Positions 1 through 12,808 of a stretch of 51,793 nt of DNA are shown one piece after another. This stretch comes from Burkholderiales bacterium (GTDB taxonomy: Bacteria > Pseudomonadota > Gammaproteobacteria > Burkholderiales > SG8-41), in NCBI GenBank assembly GCA_035620515.1, contig DASPGR010000323.1, positions 1-51,793 of the forward strand, written 5' to 3'. The position numbers and the translations under genes are program-made. Within the stretch, counting starts at the first letter, position 1, and the number at the start of each line of letters is the position of its first letter. The notes beneath the pieces were generated by a model. It did no database searches. It saw only the letters and a list, made by a program, of their open reading frames with translations, and had not been told where the DNA came from.

Positions 1-453
1 ATAGTCGTTGCCCATCATGCTGCTGTCGTAGCGGAAGCCGTGTTTCAGGAGCAGCGCCACGGAGTTTGGACTGAGGTCCCAGGACGGAGAGCGGTAGCCC
101 CGGGCCCGGCGACCTGTCAGTTTCCGGATTTGCTCGTTGGCGCGTTCCAGCCCTTCCTCTTCCTGTTCACGCGACAGGGCGGCAGGCGCCAGGTGGGTCC
201 AGCCGTGATGCCCGATCTCGTGGCCGGCCTCAAAAACGCGCGCGCACACGTCGGGATAGGTTTCCAGGGTATGTCCGGGGATGTACCAGGTCGCGGGGAC
301 GTCGTGCCGGGTCAACAGCGCGAGCAGCCGCGGCGTCGCAACGTCGGCCCCGAACTCGCCGCGCGATAGCGCAGAAGGTGAGGTCATGCCGCGGGCGATA
401 AACCCGGACATGGCATCAAAATCGAACGTCAGGCAAACGATGTGACGCGGCAT
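1..453 (-). CDS. Polysaccharide deacetylase (NodB-fold) family protein; C-terminus lies beyond the window edge
   Basis: Own minus-strand translation from ATG 453..451: MPRHIVCLTFDFDAMSGFIARG...WYIPGHTLETYPDVCARVFEAGHEIGHHGWTH...GYRSPSWDLS. Has NodB-like TFDxD and HxxxH motifs. Absent from the ORF track because it runs off the window. The track ORF 40..369(+) is its antisense shadow. Confidence 0.75.
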   Translation of the reverse strand, partial: MPRHIVCLTFDFDAMSGFIARGMTSPSALSRGEFGADVATPRLLALLTRHDVPATWYIPGHTLETYPDVCARVFEAGHEIGHHGWTHLAPAALSREQEEEGLERANEQIRKLTGRRARGYRSPSWDLSPNSVALLLKHGFRYDSSMMGNDY

Positions 454-561
454 GGGCCTTCCGGCGGTTCCAGACGAGCTCGTCCGGCCGGTGTTCAGTA
501 TGGCCGATTCCGCGCCGTGCTGGCAAAATACAGCTCCCGGATTCGCTTCCAATTACAAACC

Positions 562-1881
562 ATGACGCCGCGCGATTTCCCTCTTGAGCCGTTCTGGATG
601 CCCTTTACCGCCAACCGGCAGTTCAAGGCGTCCCCCCGGATTCTGGTCTCGGCGCAGGACATGCATTACACGGCCGAGGACGGACGAAAGATCCTGGACG
701 GGACGGCGGGACTATGGTGCGTGAACGCCGGGCACTGCCGCCCGCGCATCATCCAGGCGATCCAGCGCCAGGCGCAGACCCTGGATTATTCGCCGCTGTT
801 CCAGATGGGCCACCCGGGGGAATTCCGCGCTGCGGGTCTCATTGCGGAGCTCGCGCCCGCGGGTCTCGACCGCGTTTTCTTCGCGAACTCGGGGTCCGAA
901 GCGGTCGATAGCGCATTGAAAATCGTTCTCGCCTATCACCGCGCTCGCGGCGAGGGCCATCGCACGGTCCTCATCGGCCGTGAACGCGGCTACCATGGCG
1001 TCGGATTCGGCGGAATCTCCGTAGGCGGCATTCCGGCCAACCGCAAGGTCTTCGGAAGTCTGTTGCCGCGCGTCGACCACCTCCCCCATACCCACAGCCT
1101 AGAACGCAATGCCTTCAGCCGTGGCCAGCCGCAATGGGGTGCCCACCTTGCCGATGAGCTGGAAAGCCGGTTAATTGCGCTTCATGATGCGTCCAACATC
1201 GCAGCAGTTATCGTGGAGCCCGTTGCCGGCTCGACGGGCGTGCTGGTGCCGCCCGTGGGCTATCTCGAGCGGCTGCGCAAAATCTGCGACAAATACGGCT
1301 TGCTCCTCATTTTCGACGAAGTCATCACCGGCTTTGGTCGAACCGGCCGGGCCTTTGCTGCAGAGACCTTCGGTGTGGTCCCGGACCTCATCACCTTTGC
1401 CAAGGGGGTCACCAATGCCACCGTTCCACTTGCAGGTGTGATTGCGCGCCGCGATATTTACGACACGATCGTCGATCAGTCCCCGCCCGATACCGTCGAG
1501 CTGTTTCATGGCTACACCTATTCCGGGCATCCGCTGGCCACAGCAGCGGCCGAAGCAACCCTGGCGCTCTATCACGAAGAGCGGCTCTTCGAGCGTGCGC
1601 GCACGATCGCGCCCCGTTTCGAGTCGGCGCTGCATGCGTTGAAGGGGCTGCCTCACGTGGCGGACGTGCGCAATTTCGGCCTGATGGGCGCAGTCGAGCT
1701 GGAACCCATCCGCGGGAAGCCGGGAGCGCGCGGATTCCAGACGTTCCTGCAATGCTTTGAAAAAGGGATTCTCGTCCGGGTGACGGGCGACATCCTGGCC
1801 TTGTCGCCTCCACTCATCATCAGCGAAAGCCAGATCGATCAGCTCGCGGACACGATCGGGGCCGTGCTCCGCCAGAAGTGA
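562..1881 (+). CDS. Class-III (omega-amino acid / beta-alanine:pyruvate type) aminotransferase
   Basis: Track ORF 442..1881, trimmed to ATG 562. The N-terminus MTPRDFPLEPFWMPFTANRQFK matches this family as I recall it. Also has GLWCVNAGHCR, FDEVITGFGRTG and a PLP-lysine context DLITFAKG. Confidence 0.9.
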   Translation: MTPRDFPLEPFWMPFTANRQFKASPRILVSAQDMHYTAEDGRKILDGTAGLWCVNAGHCRPRIIQAIQRQAQTLDYSPLFQMGHPGEFRAAGLIAELAPAGLDRVFFANSGSEAVDSALKIVLAYHRARGEGHRTVLIGRERGYHGVGFGGISVGGIPANRKVFGSLLPRVDHLPHTHSLERNAFSRGQPQWGAHLADELESRLIALHDASNIAAVIVEPVAGSTGVLVPPVGYLERLRKICDKYGLLLIFDEVITGFGRTGRAFAAETFGVVPDLITFAKGVTNATVPLAGVIARRDIYDTIVDQSPPDTVELFHGYTYSGHPLATAAAEATLALYHEERLFERARTIAPRFESALHALKGLPHVADVRNFGLMGAVELEPIRGKPGARGFQTFLQCFEKGILVRVTGDILALSPPLIISESQIDQLADTIGAVLRQK

Positions 1882-1904
1882 GCACGGAACGGGCTTAGGG
1901 ACTC

Positions 1905-4900
1905 TTAGACGCGCTGCATGTTCCTGCGCCTCGCCTCGACGAGGCAATGATCGATCCATTCCGCGGTGAGCTTTTCCTGAACGGCGTTCTGGTGCAGCCG
2001 CGCGTCGAGCACTCCCCAGTCCACGCGATCCATGGGCTGGTCCTGATTGAAGCATGAGAACACGTAGCTCACCTCCTGAGTTGCCGGATCGATGTGCGGC
2101 TGCAGGCACTGGGCACAGATCTCTTTCATCATGCATTGCATCGGCGAGTTGATCGAGCCGAGCGCTACGTGATGAGGCTTCAGGAAGGGTTTCAATCCAT
2201 TGTGACGGGCCCGCGCCACGGCCGCCATCATCCGGTCCGATCCGATTGCCATGATCCGGTCGGCGTCCTTGAGCCTGATGGCCGGATTGCCCAGGTTGCC
2301 GATCGCGTAGGCATGCATCCCCTGCACGATCGTGCCCACGAAGCTGCGGTCCTGGGGGCGATCCGGGGTAAATCCCGGCTCCTCATCACAGCACCACACG
2401 ACGACGTCGGCCGCCGCCTCGATCTCGGCGACCTTGTATCGGTCCTCCATATGCTTGTACCCGGCGAAATACAGCACGCGGTTTCCCGCCCGCCGCATGG
2501 CCTGGCCGATCGAGAACAGCACGGCATTTCCGAGGCCCCCGCCCACGAGGACGACGGTCTCGCCCGACGGAATCTCCGACGGTGAGCCCGTGGGCCCCAT
2601 CAGCACGACGGGGTCTCCCGGCTTCAGCAGCACGCACAGGTCGGACGAGCCGCCCATCTCGAGCACGATCACCGAGACAAGGCCGCGCGCCGCGTCCACC
2701 CACGCGCCGGTCAATGCAAGGCCTTCCATGGTGAGGCGGGTGTCTTCCACGCGTGCTGCCGCGGTCTCATAGTTCTGTAACCGGTAGAACTGTCCGGGCC
2801 GGAATCGCCGCGCCGCAAGCGGTGCGCGCACGACGACCTCCACGATGAGCGGAGTGAGTCTCGATACCTGGTGCACGGTGGCCCGCAACTCACCATTCAG
2901 CCGCGTCATGAAATCCGCATCGGTTTCCCTGCTCGATGGAGCGATGTTCGCCAACGCGCGGGTCACCGCGGGGTAGCCCTGCTTCGCGCTCCCGATCGCC
3001 TTGACCACGTTGCCGAAGTACGATGGATGCACGTCCCCGAAGTAGCTCATGCAGCGTCCATCGGGCCGCCGCGACAGCAGAACGCGCACTTGTGAAGGTT
3101 TTGAAATCGCGGGCTCCGGAGCGCTCGGCATTCCATTTTCGTCGCAGGCCTGAAAGTAACGCCCCTGCAGCTTGAAATGCTCGGGATCCTCGCGCGCCAG
3201 CACGGTATTGGGCTGCGTTCCCGCTGCAATCAGGATGGTCCGCGCAGGCAGCTCATGCTGCGAGGTCTCCGCCCATTTGCCTTCGGGCGTGAAGGTGCCC
3301 GCCGAAACCCGCAGGGCGCGCGCATGGCCGTCCCGGTCTACCTCCACCGCGAGGGGGATCAGGCCCTCGGCAAACCGAATGCCCTCCTCCAGCGCCCTGT
3401 GCACCTCCTCGTGATTCAAGGTGTAGGACGGGCTGTCGACGAGGCGCCTGCGGTAGGCGATCGTGACGCCCCCCCAGGACTGGAGCAGCCCGAGCACCCG
3501 CGCGGGACGCCCTTGGACGCTGGCCAGAGAGCGCTCCTCACGGATCGCCCGCGCGTGAGTCAGAAACTCATCGGCGATACCGCGTTCATCATCGTTCCAG
3601 GAAACACGTGCCGCCGTCTCTCCGTGCTCCCTCGCGAGGCGCTCATAGCGCTCGAGAAATTTCTCGACCTGAAGAGGATAGTATGCGAGCGCCTCGGTGG
3701 CGGTATCGATGGCCGTCAATCCGCCACCCACAACGATGACCGGCAGGCGAAGCTGCATGTTGGCGAGGGAATCGGCCTTTGCGGCGCCGGTCAGCTGCAG
3801 CGCCATGAGGAAATCGGATGCCGCTCGAACCCCGCGGGCAAGCCCGTGCGGCAGCGCCAGCACCGTCGGGCGACCGGCGCCGATAGCGAGCGCCACGTGA
3901 TCGAATCCGAGCGCAAAGGCATCCTCCGCGCTCAGCGTTCCGCCGAATCGCACTCCGCCCATCAGGCTGAATTGGTCGCGGCGCTCGAGCAGCAGCCGCA
4001 GGAGCTTCAGAAAATTCTTGTCCCAGCGCACGGTAATGCCGTACTCGGCCACCCCGCCAAAGCCTGCCATGACCCGCTCGTCGAGCTCTTCGTGCAGCTC
4101 CGAGATCTCGCGCACGGGGCGGAACTCAGCGCGCGCGCCTCGTGCGTCGACACCCGAGAGCTCGGCCGGGAGGGGCTCGATCTTCAAGCCGTCAATGCCG
4201 ACGACGGCATGCCCGTCGTTCATCAGATAGTGCGCCAGGGCCGCGCCGGCAGGGCCCATCCCCGCTACCAGCACGCGCTTTCCGGTCGCCGGTGCCGGGT
4301 ACGGCTGGCGAAGATTCAGCGGGTTCCAGCGCGTGAGCAGTGAATAGATCTCAAACCCCCAGGGCAATTCGAGCACGTCCTTCAACGTGCGCGTCTCGGC
4401 CTGAGGAATGTCAACCGGCTCCTGCTTCTGGTAGATGCACGACTTCATGCAGTCGTTGCAGATTCGATGGCCGGTTGCAGCCACCATCGGGTTGTCAACG
4501 GCAATGATCGCGAGCGCCCCGATCGGCATGCCTTCCGCTTTGGCCTGCTGAAACTCGGAGATTTTCTCTTCGAGCGGACATCCCGCGAGAACGACGCCGA
4601 AGGGACTTTTCCTGAAGCTCGCGGCTCCACCGCCTGGCGCATTTTTCTCCCGGAGGCCTTTCGAACACGAGTCCTTGTCCTGGTGATGGCACCAGATGCA
4701 ATAGTTGGCCTCATCGAGTGCGCCGGCGAGATCCGTTCCCGGGTCGGTGAGCTTGAAGCCGGCGCGACGGCGCAGGTGGCGCTGATCCAGGCGATGCACC
4801 GTGTAGCCTGACGAATCGTCGGTCACGACCGGGACCAATCGCTGGTAGTCGAGCTTCTCTGGCGCCTTGAACAGGATGCCCTTCCCGCGCCGCTCGTGCC

Positions 4901-5432
4901 CCGCGGCCGAGTGCGCGGCCCATGCCGCGTAGCGCAGCGCAAGGTCGAGCTTCTCCGCGTGCGTTGTTTCGTCCTTCTGCCATTCGCTCACCTGCCTGGC
5001 AAACGCGAGCTCGGTAAAAGGGCCGCCGAACTCGCGCTCGAGCGCCTGCTCCAGGGCGCTCCCGTCAAACCGCGCCGCGTCAGCTGCCTTGTATTTGTGC
5101 ATGGCCTTTCGCTGCACGAAAAGCCGCTTGACCGCGTAGAGGGGCGCCAGCGCGTGATGTTTCTTGACCAACGCGCCCGCTTCCGCTTCGATCCCGAACA
5201 ATCGCACGAGGAAGCGCTCGACGTGGGGCGCGAGAGCCAGCAGCAAGTCGGACTCTTCTTTGGCCGACAGCGCGTTGAACCCGCTACGCGCTCGCATGAG
5301 CCGGTCACGGAGATCCTTGTCCTCACGCTCGAGCGCCTGGCAGAAGTGCTCGTCGAGCCGCAGCAACCCCTCGCGACGGTAGAGATCCGCGATCGTCAGG
5401 CCAATCTCGGTGAGGGGAATGGCGTGTTCCAT
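1905..5432 (-). CDS. Large fused Fe-S flavoprotein oxidoreductase: unassigned N-terminal domain + GltD/NfnB/SudA-like module + PyrK/NfnA/SudB-like module
   Basis: 1175-aa ORF. Cys clusters at aa 245-256, 285 and 325-332 (CIWCHHQDKDSC, GCPLEE, CNDCMKSC). Dinucleotide folds VLVAGMGPAGAA (aa ~388) and VIVVGGGLTAID (aa ~565). C-terminal RPGQFYRL, VVLVGGGLGNA and a 2Fe-2S-type C-x5-C-x2-C-x17-C (aa 1100-1127). Confidence 0.85.
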   Translation of the reverse strand: MEHAIPLTEIGLTIADLYRREGLLRLDEHFCQALEREDKDLRDRLMRARSGFNALSAKEESDLLLALAPHVERFLVRLFGIEAEAGALVKKHHALAPLYAVKRLFVQRKAMHKYKAADAARFDGSALEQALEREFGGPFTELAFARQVSEWQKDETTHAEKLDLALRYAAWAAHSAAGHERRGKGILFKAPEKLDYQRLVPVVTDDSSGYTVHRLDQRHLRRRAGFKLTDPGTDLAGALDEANYCIWCHHQDKDSCSKGLREKNAPGGGAASFRKSPFGVVLAGCPLEEKISEFQQAKAEGMPIGALAIIAVDNPMVAATGHRICNDCMKSCIYQKQEPVDIPQAETRTLKDVLELPWGFEIYSLLTRWNPLNLRQPYPAPATGKRVLVAGMGPAGAALAHYLMNDGHAVVGIDGLKIEPLPAELSGVDARGARAEFRPVREISELHEELDERVMAGFGGVAEYGITVRWDKNFLKLLRLLLERRDQFSLMGGVRFGGTLSAEDAFALGFDHVALAIGAGRPTVLALPHGLARGVRAASDFLMALQLTGAAKADSLANMQLRLPVIVVGGGLTAIDTATEALAYYPLQVEKFLERYERLAREHGETAARVSWNDDERGIADEFLTHARAIREERSLASVQGRPARVLGLLQSWGGVTIAYRRRLVDSPSYTLNHEEVHRALEEGIRFAEGLIPLAVEVDRDGHARALRVSAGTFTPEGKWAETSQHELPARTILIAAGTQPNTVLAREDPEHFKLQGRYFQACDENGMPSAPEPAISKPSQVRVLLSRRPDGRCMSYFGDVHPSYFGNVVKAIGSAKQGYPAVTRALANIAPSSRETDADFMTRLNGELRATVHQVSRLTPLIVEVVVRAPLAARRFRPGQFYRLQNYETAAARVEDTRLTMEGLALTGAWVDAARGLVSVIVLEMGGSSDLCVLLKPGDPVVLMGPTGSPSEIPSGETVVLVGGGLGNAVLFSIGQAMRRAGNRVLYFAGYKHMEDRYKVAEIEAAADVVVWCCDEEPGFTPDRPQDRSFVGTIVQGMHAYAIGNLGNPAIRLKDADRIMAIGSDRMMAAVARARHNGLKPFLKPHHVALGSINSPMQCMMKEICAQCLQPHIDPATQEVSYVFSCFNQDQPMDRVDWGVLDARLHQNAVQEKLTAEWIDHCLVEARRRNMQRV

Positions 5433-5468
5433 TACAAATAGGGCGCGCGACTGCGCGCTAAATCGATA

Positions 5469-5474
5469 ATTATA
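5469..5474 (-). promoter_or_regulatory. Candidate -10 box (TATAAT on minus strand) upstream of the fused oxidoreductase gene
   Basis: Perfect TATAAT about 35 nt upstream of ATG 5432, inside an AT-rich patch. No convincing -35. A GCGCGC-GACT-GCGCGC palindrome lies between this box and the start codon. Confidence 0.3.
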
Positions 5475-5639
5475 TCAACCGGTTCAAGGCTCTCTCGAAC
5501 CCTGCGGCACCCTGCACGTGCGCGTGGCACCGCCAGATGACCGCGCGCTGCTGCCGCGGACGGGCCGCGCCGCAGCCGTCGGCGCCGGGGTCTATGCAAT
5601 AATGACTGGAACCAAGGAATCCTGGCGGCCGCGAACGAC

Positions 5640-5786
5640 ATGCTGAGCGCGCGGATGAGCGAGTCCAGGCGTATTGCCCTTTGGGTGATACTGGGGGCGC
5701 TCGCGGCCCTCCTGACATACCTCGCTTTCCGCGTTTACCTGTCGCCGGATTTTCTGATCAACTTCTCGAACTCTTTCCGCTGCTGA
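5640..5786 (+). CDS. Hypothetical small membrane protein (48 aa)
   Basis: Own translation: MLSARMSESRRIALWVILGALAALLTYLAFRVYLSPDFLINFSNSFRC. One clear TM helix. About 79 percent G/C at third codon positions, like the real genes here. Below the track length cut-off. No obvious Shine-Dalgarno. Confidence 0.35.
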   Translation: MLSARMSESRRIALWVILGALAALLTYLAFRVYLSPDFLINFSNSFRC

Positions 5787-5795
5787 GCCGGACTC

Positions 5796-6653
5796 TCAGC
5801 CCTGGGCGGCGAGCGCCTGTTCTGCTGCCTGCACCGTGTTCTCGATCACCATCGCGATGGTCATCGGGCCTACACCTCCGGGAACCGGAGTGATCCACCC
5901 GGCGCGCTGGCTTACTTCTGCAAAATCCACATCCCCCACGAGGCCGAATGGGCCGCGGTTGATGCCCACGTCGATCACGGCTGCGCCCGGTTTGACCAGG
6001 CTTGCCGCGATCAGTCCGGGCCGCCCGGCGGCAGCGACGAGAATGTCGGCGCGCCGGGTGTGGCCCGCAAGGTCCCGGGTTCGGCTGTGGCACAGGGTCA
6101 CCGTGGCGCTGCGGGCGGTGAGCATCATGGCCATGGGCTTTCCGACGATCGTGCTCCGCCCCACGACAACCGCTTCGCGGCCCTCCACCGGCACCCCGGC
6201 CCGCTCGAGCAGCATCATTACCCCTCGCGGCGTGCAAGGTTCGAACCGGGGCTCGCCGGCGAGAAGCGCGCCCAGGTTCTGCCACGTCAATCCGTCGACG
6301 TCCTTCTGGGGCGCCAGCGTCGTTGCGACCAGCGACGGAGACAGATGCTCCGGCAACGGCAACTGGACCAGTATTCCATGTACGTCGGGGTCAGCATTGA
6401 GGCGCAGCAGAGTCTCCACGAGCCCGCTCGAGGACGCATCGCCAGGCAGGGCTTCGACCGTCGAATGAATTCCCGCCTCCGTGCACGCCCTCACCTTGTT
6501 GCGGATATAAATCCGCGACGCAGGATTATCCCCGACGAGGACTGCAGCGAGGCCCGGGCGCACGTTGCGGCGCGAGAGCGCTGCCACGCGCATGGTCAGC
6601 GCTGCGTATACGTCGCGGGCAAGGGCCGCGCCGTCGAGAACGATCGCTGCCAT
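5796..6653 (-). CDS. folD: Bifunctional methylenetetrahydrofolate dehydrogenase / methenyl-THF cyclohydrolase
   Basis: 285-aa ORF with NPASRIYIRNK, GILVQLPLP, VVVGRSTIVGKPMA and TPVPGGVGPMT. Confidence 0.95.
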   Translation of the reverse strand: MAAIVLDGAALARDVYAALTMRVAALSRRNVRPGLAAVLVGDNPASRIYIRNKVRACTEAGIHSTVEALPGDASSSGLVETLLRLNADPDVHGILVQLPLPEHLSPSLVATTLAPQKDVDGLTWQNLGALLAGEPRFEPCTPRGVMMLLERAGVPVEGREAVVVGRSTIVGKPMAMMLTARSATVTLCHSRTRDLAGHTRRADILVAAAGRPGLIAASLVKPGAAVIDVGINRGPFGLVGDVDFAEVSQRAGWITPVPGGVGPMTIAMVIENTVQAAEQALAAQG

Positions 6654-6703
6654 GAATCAAACAGGAGGCGCCGCGCCGGTCGACCGCGCACTCAAAGGCG
6701 AAA

Positions 6704-6988
6704 TCATGGTTTGCGCGCAGGCTCCATGACCTGGAAGAAGATCTCGTCGCGCTTGATCATTCCTATTTCGCTTCTCGCCCGCTCTTCTATCGCCTCAAGG
6801 CCGACCTTCAGGTCCTGGACCTCGGCGTCCAGGGCCACGTTGCGCTCTTTCAAGCGGCGATTGACGTCCCGCTGCGCCTGGATCTGCTGGTCGATTTGCC
6901 GCACCCGGAACCAGCTGCCCTTGCCGAGCCACAGCGGATACTGGATCAGCAAAATCAGGATGGCCAGGGCCAGGGCGAGCAGTTTCAC
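6704..6988 (-). CDS. ftsB: Cell division protein FtsB
   Basis: 94 aa with an N-terminal TM helix (LALAILILLIQYPLWLGKGSW) followed by a coiled coil. Sits in the conserved position downstream of eno. Confidence 0.9.
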   Translation of the reverse strand: MKLLALALAILILLIQYPLWLGKGSWFRVRQIDQQIQAQRDVNRRLKERNVALDAEVQDLKVGLEAIEERARSEIGMIKRDEIFFQVMEPARKP

Positions 6989-6996
6989 CGGCTCGT

Positions 6997-8322
<1,326 letters not shown>

Positions 8323-9162
8323 CTACAGGAGATCCTCGGCAAGGCCTCTGCTCTTGACCGACGCATCCAGTGCCTTGAGCGTCTCGAGCAAGGGCTTCAT
8401 GAACTTCAGCGGCCAGGCATTGGGGCCGTCCGACAATGCCTTCTCCGGATTCGGGTGGGTTTCCATGAACACTCCCGACACGCCGCTTGCAACCGCAGCC
8501 CGTGCCAGGACCGGAACGAACTCGCGCTGTCCGCCGCTGGCGGAACCCTGGCCACCCGGCAGCTGAACGGAATGCGTTGCGTCAAACACGACCGGGCATC
8601 CGGTCTCGCGCATGATCATGAGCGAGCGCATGTCGGAGACAAGATTGTTGTACCCGAAGGAAGCTCCCCGCTCGCAGACCAGGATGTTGTCGCGACGGCT
8701 TGCCGCCTTCGCCTTTTCGACGACGTTTTTCATGTCGCCTGGCGCGAGAAACTGGCCTTTCTTGATATTGACCGGTTTTCCGGCCGCGGCGACGGCGCAA
8801 ATGAAATCGGTCTGCCGGCACAGGAATGCCGGGGTCTGCAGGACATCGACCGCGGAGGCGGCGGCATCGATCTCGTCCAGCTCGTGCACGTCCGTCAGAA
8901 CCGGGACGTGGAGTTGATTCCTTACTTCATCCAGGATCTGAAGTCCTTTCTCTATCCCCAAGCCACGAAAGGATTTTATTGATGTTCTATTCGCTTTGTC
9001 GTAGGACGATTTGTAGATGAAAGGTATCCCGACCGACGTGCAAATCTCCTTCAACTCGCCCGCGGTATCGAACGCGAGCTGGCGCGATTCGACGACGCAG
9101 GGGCCGGCTATCAGGAACATCGGCTGATCGAGCCCCACCTTGAAGCCGCAGAGGTCCATCAC
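8323..9162 (-). CDS. kdsA: 3-deoxy-8-phosphooctulonate synthase
   Basis: 279 aa: [34 protein letters not shown]. Confidence 0.95.
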   Translation of the reverse strand: MMDLCGFKVGLDQPMFLIAGPCVVESRQLAFDTAGELKEICTSVGIPFIYKSSYDKANRTSIKSFRGLGIEKGLQILDEVRNQLHVPVLTDVHELDEIDAAASAVDVLQTPAFLCRQTDFICAVAAAGKPVNIKKGQFLAPGDMKNVVEKAKAASRRDNILVCERGASFGYNNLVSDMRSLMIMRETGCPVVFDATHSVQLPGGQGSASGGQREFVPVLARAAVASGVSGVFMETHPNPEKALSDGPNAWPLKFMKPLLETLKALDASVKSRGLAEDLL

Positions 9163-9242
9163 GTCCGCCTTTCCTGGCTCGCGGGCCCCGCGCGGCCTCC
9201 CGCAGGCAGGACCTTCACGCGCATTCGCAATAGGGACCTGCA

Positions 9243-9266
9243 GCGATGCCGCCCAGCGGGCATCGC
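9243..9266 (-). terminator. Hairpin downstream of pyrG (8-bp perfect stem GCGATGCC/GGCATCGC, 8-nt loop); possible terminator or processing site
   Basis: Inverted repeat read directly from the sequence, 27 nt past the pyrG stop. No U-tract follows, so the function is uncertain. Confidence 0.25.
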
Positions 9267-9292
9267 GGACGAATTGGAATGCGTCATGACAA

Positions 9293-11008
<1,716 letters not shown>

Positions 11009-11180
11009 TCAGTCCAATGAGGCGCGCGCGGATCGGGTGTTTGCGCGCCTCCCGGCTTCGCGAGCCCGGGTGCACGGGCGAGCTCGCCTTCAACATGCCG
11101 CACGAACGCCCGCGAACCCGAATTGTGGTTCCGTTGAAAACACGATACTTTACCGGCAACTTGCGCAGCGGATGGTGCTC

Positions 11181-12005
11181 ATGGCGCAGAAGCGCACCGC
11201 ATTCTTTGTCTCCGACCGCACCGGCATTACGGCGGAAATGCTGGGGCACAGCCTGCTCACGCAGTTCGACGAGGTGCCTTTCAACGAGGTGACGCTGCCA
11301 TTCGTCGATTCCGTGGACAAGGCTCACGAGGCGGTCCGGCGAATCAACGAGCAGGCGGCACACGATGGAACCCGTCCGATCGTCATCAGCACTCTCGCGA
11401 GAACGGATATTGCCCAGGTCGTCGGGACGGCCAATGCTCTTTTCCTGGACTGCTTCGAGATCTTCATCTCGCCGCTGGAACGCGAGCTCGGAAAGAGCGC
11501 CTCTCATGTCATCGGGCGCACCCACAATGTGTCGGACTTCGTCAATTATCACCATCGAATCGAGTCGGTAAATTACACGCTTTCGCATGATGACGGCCTG
11601 TCATCGCGCGAGCTGGGCGACGCCGACGTGATTCTCGTCGGCGTTTCGCGCTCCGGCAAGACGCCGACCTGCCTCTATCTGGCGATGCAGTTCGGCATCC
11701 GCGCCGCCAACTATCCGCTGATCCCGGAGGATTTCGAGGGGAGCCAGCTCCCCGGACAGCTGCAGCCGTTACGCTCGAAGCTCTACGGACTGACGATCCG
11801 GCCTGAACGGTTGCACCGGATTCGCACCGAGCGGCGCCCGGGAAGCAAGTATGCGACCCTTGCAAACTGCGAGTTCGAGGTGCGCGAAGCCGAGGCGCTC
11901 ATGCGGCAGGAAGGCATCCCCTACCTGGACGCCACGACCAAGTCCGTGGAGGAGCTTGCTACGACGATCCTTCAGGAAGCCAAGCTGGTGCGACGCATCT
12001 ACTGA
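11181..12005 (+). CDS. ppsR: PEP synthase regulatory protein (bifunctional kinase/pyrophosphorylase, DUF299)
   Basis: Track ORF 11037..12005, trimmed to [22 protein letters not shown] 11181 is used; ATG 11172 is an alternative. P-loop [10 protein letters not shown]. Confidence 0.85.
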   Translation: MAQKRTAFFVSDRTGITAEMLGHSLLTQFDEVPFNEVTLPFVDSVDKAHEAVRRINEQAAHDGTRPIVISTLARTDIAQVVGTANALFLDCFEIFISPLERELGKSASHVIGRTHNVSDFVNYHHRIESVNYTLSHDDGLSSRELGDADVILVGVSRSGKTPTCLYLAMQFGIRAANYPLIPEDFEGSQLPGQLQPLRSKLYGLTIRPERLHRIRTERRPGSKYATLANCEFEVREAEALMRQEGIPYLDATTKSVEELATTILQEAKLVRRIY

Positions 12006-12808
12006 AGTTCGGGTCGTGACTCGGGGCCCTTGGCCGCAATCTGACGAACCCGCTCGTAGAGACAGACGGCGACCGCAGCCGCCACATTGAGGGACTCGGT
12101 TCGGCCCGGCATGGGGATGGCCACCTCGACCCGAGCTTTCGCACGCAGCGCTGCCGACAGCCCGCCGCCCTCGTTTCCGAAGAGCAGTGCGACGGGGCCG
12201 GACAGATCCGTATCGAATAGTGAGCGCGAGGCCGTGGCGCTCGCCGCGACGGGCGTGCCGGGGAATGCATCGAGTGCCGCGGGAAGGTCGACCTGTTCAT
12301 AGACCTGCAGCATGAAATGCGCGCCCATGCCTGCCCGCAGGACGCGTGGCGACCAGGCGTGGACCGAAGAGGCGGACAGGAAAACCTGCTTTATTCCCGC
12401 TGCCGCGGCCGTTCGCAGGATCGAGCCCAGGTTTCCGGGATCCCTCAAGTCCTCCAGCATGACGCATGTTTCGAGCCGCGCCGGCAGCGAACGGGACTGG
12501 GGGGTCTTTACCACTGCCACGACGCCGGTGGGGCTGACGACCGGGGAGATGTCCTTGAACAGCGTGTCGCTCAATACGAGGAGTTCGGAGCCGCCCAGGC
12601 GATCGACGAGCGTCCGGATCTCCGGCTTGTCGAGCCCGGATGCGCTCAGCACAAGCTGCTCGGGCACCCCTATGTGAGCCCCGTAGGCAGAGACGAGATG
12701 GGGCCCGTCAAGAAGTGATAGTCCGGCGCTCTTGCGTTCCCGGGAAGACTCGGCGAGCCGCCGCAGGGCCTTGTAACGCGCGTTGTCGCGGGAATTGATC
12801 CGCCTCAC
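11999..12808 (-). CDS. TrmH/SpoU-family RNA 2'-O-methyltransferase
   Basis: Only the C-terminal 269 aa of the 601-aa track ORF look real: [50 protein letters not shown]. The in-frame GTG at 12808 overlaps the upstream stop (GTGA). Confidence 0.85.
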   Translation of the reverse strand: MRRINSRDNARYKALRRLAESSRERKSAGLSLLDGPHLVSAYGAHIGVPEQLVLSASGLDKPEIRTLVDRLGGSELLVLSDTLFKDISPVVSPTGVVAVVKTPQSRSLPARLETCVMLEDLRDPGNLGSILRTAAAAGIKQVFLSASSVHAWSPRVLRAGMGAHFMLQVYEQVDLPAALDAFPGTPVAASATASRSLFDTDLSGPVALLFGNEGGGLSAALRAKARVEVAIPMPGRTESLNVAAAVAVCLYERVRQIAAKGPESRPELQ

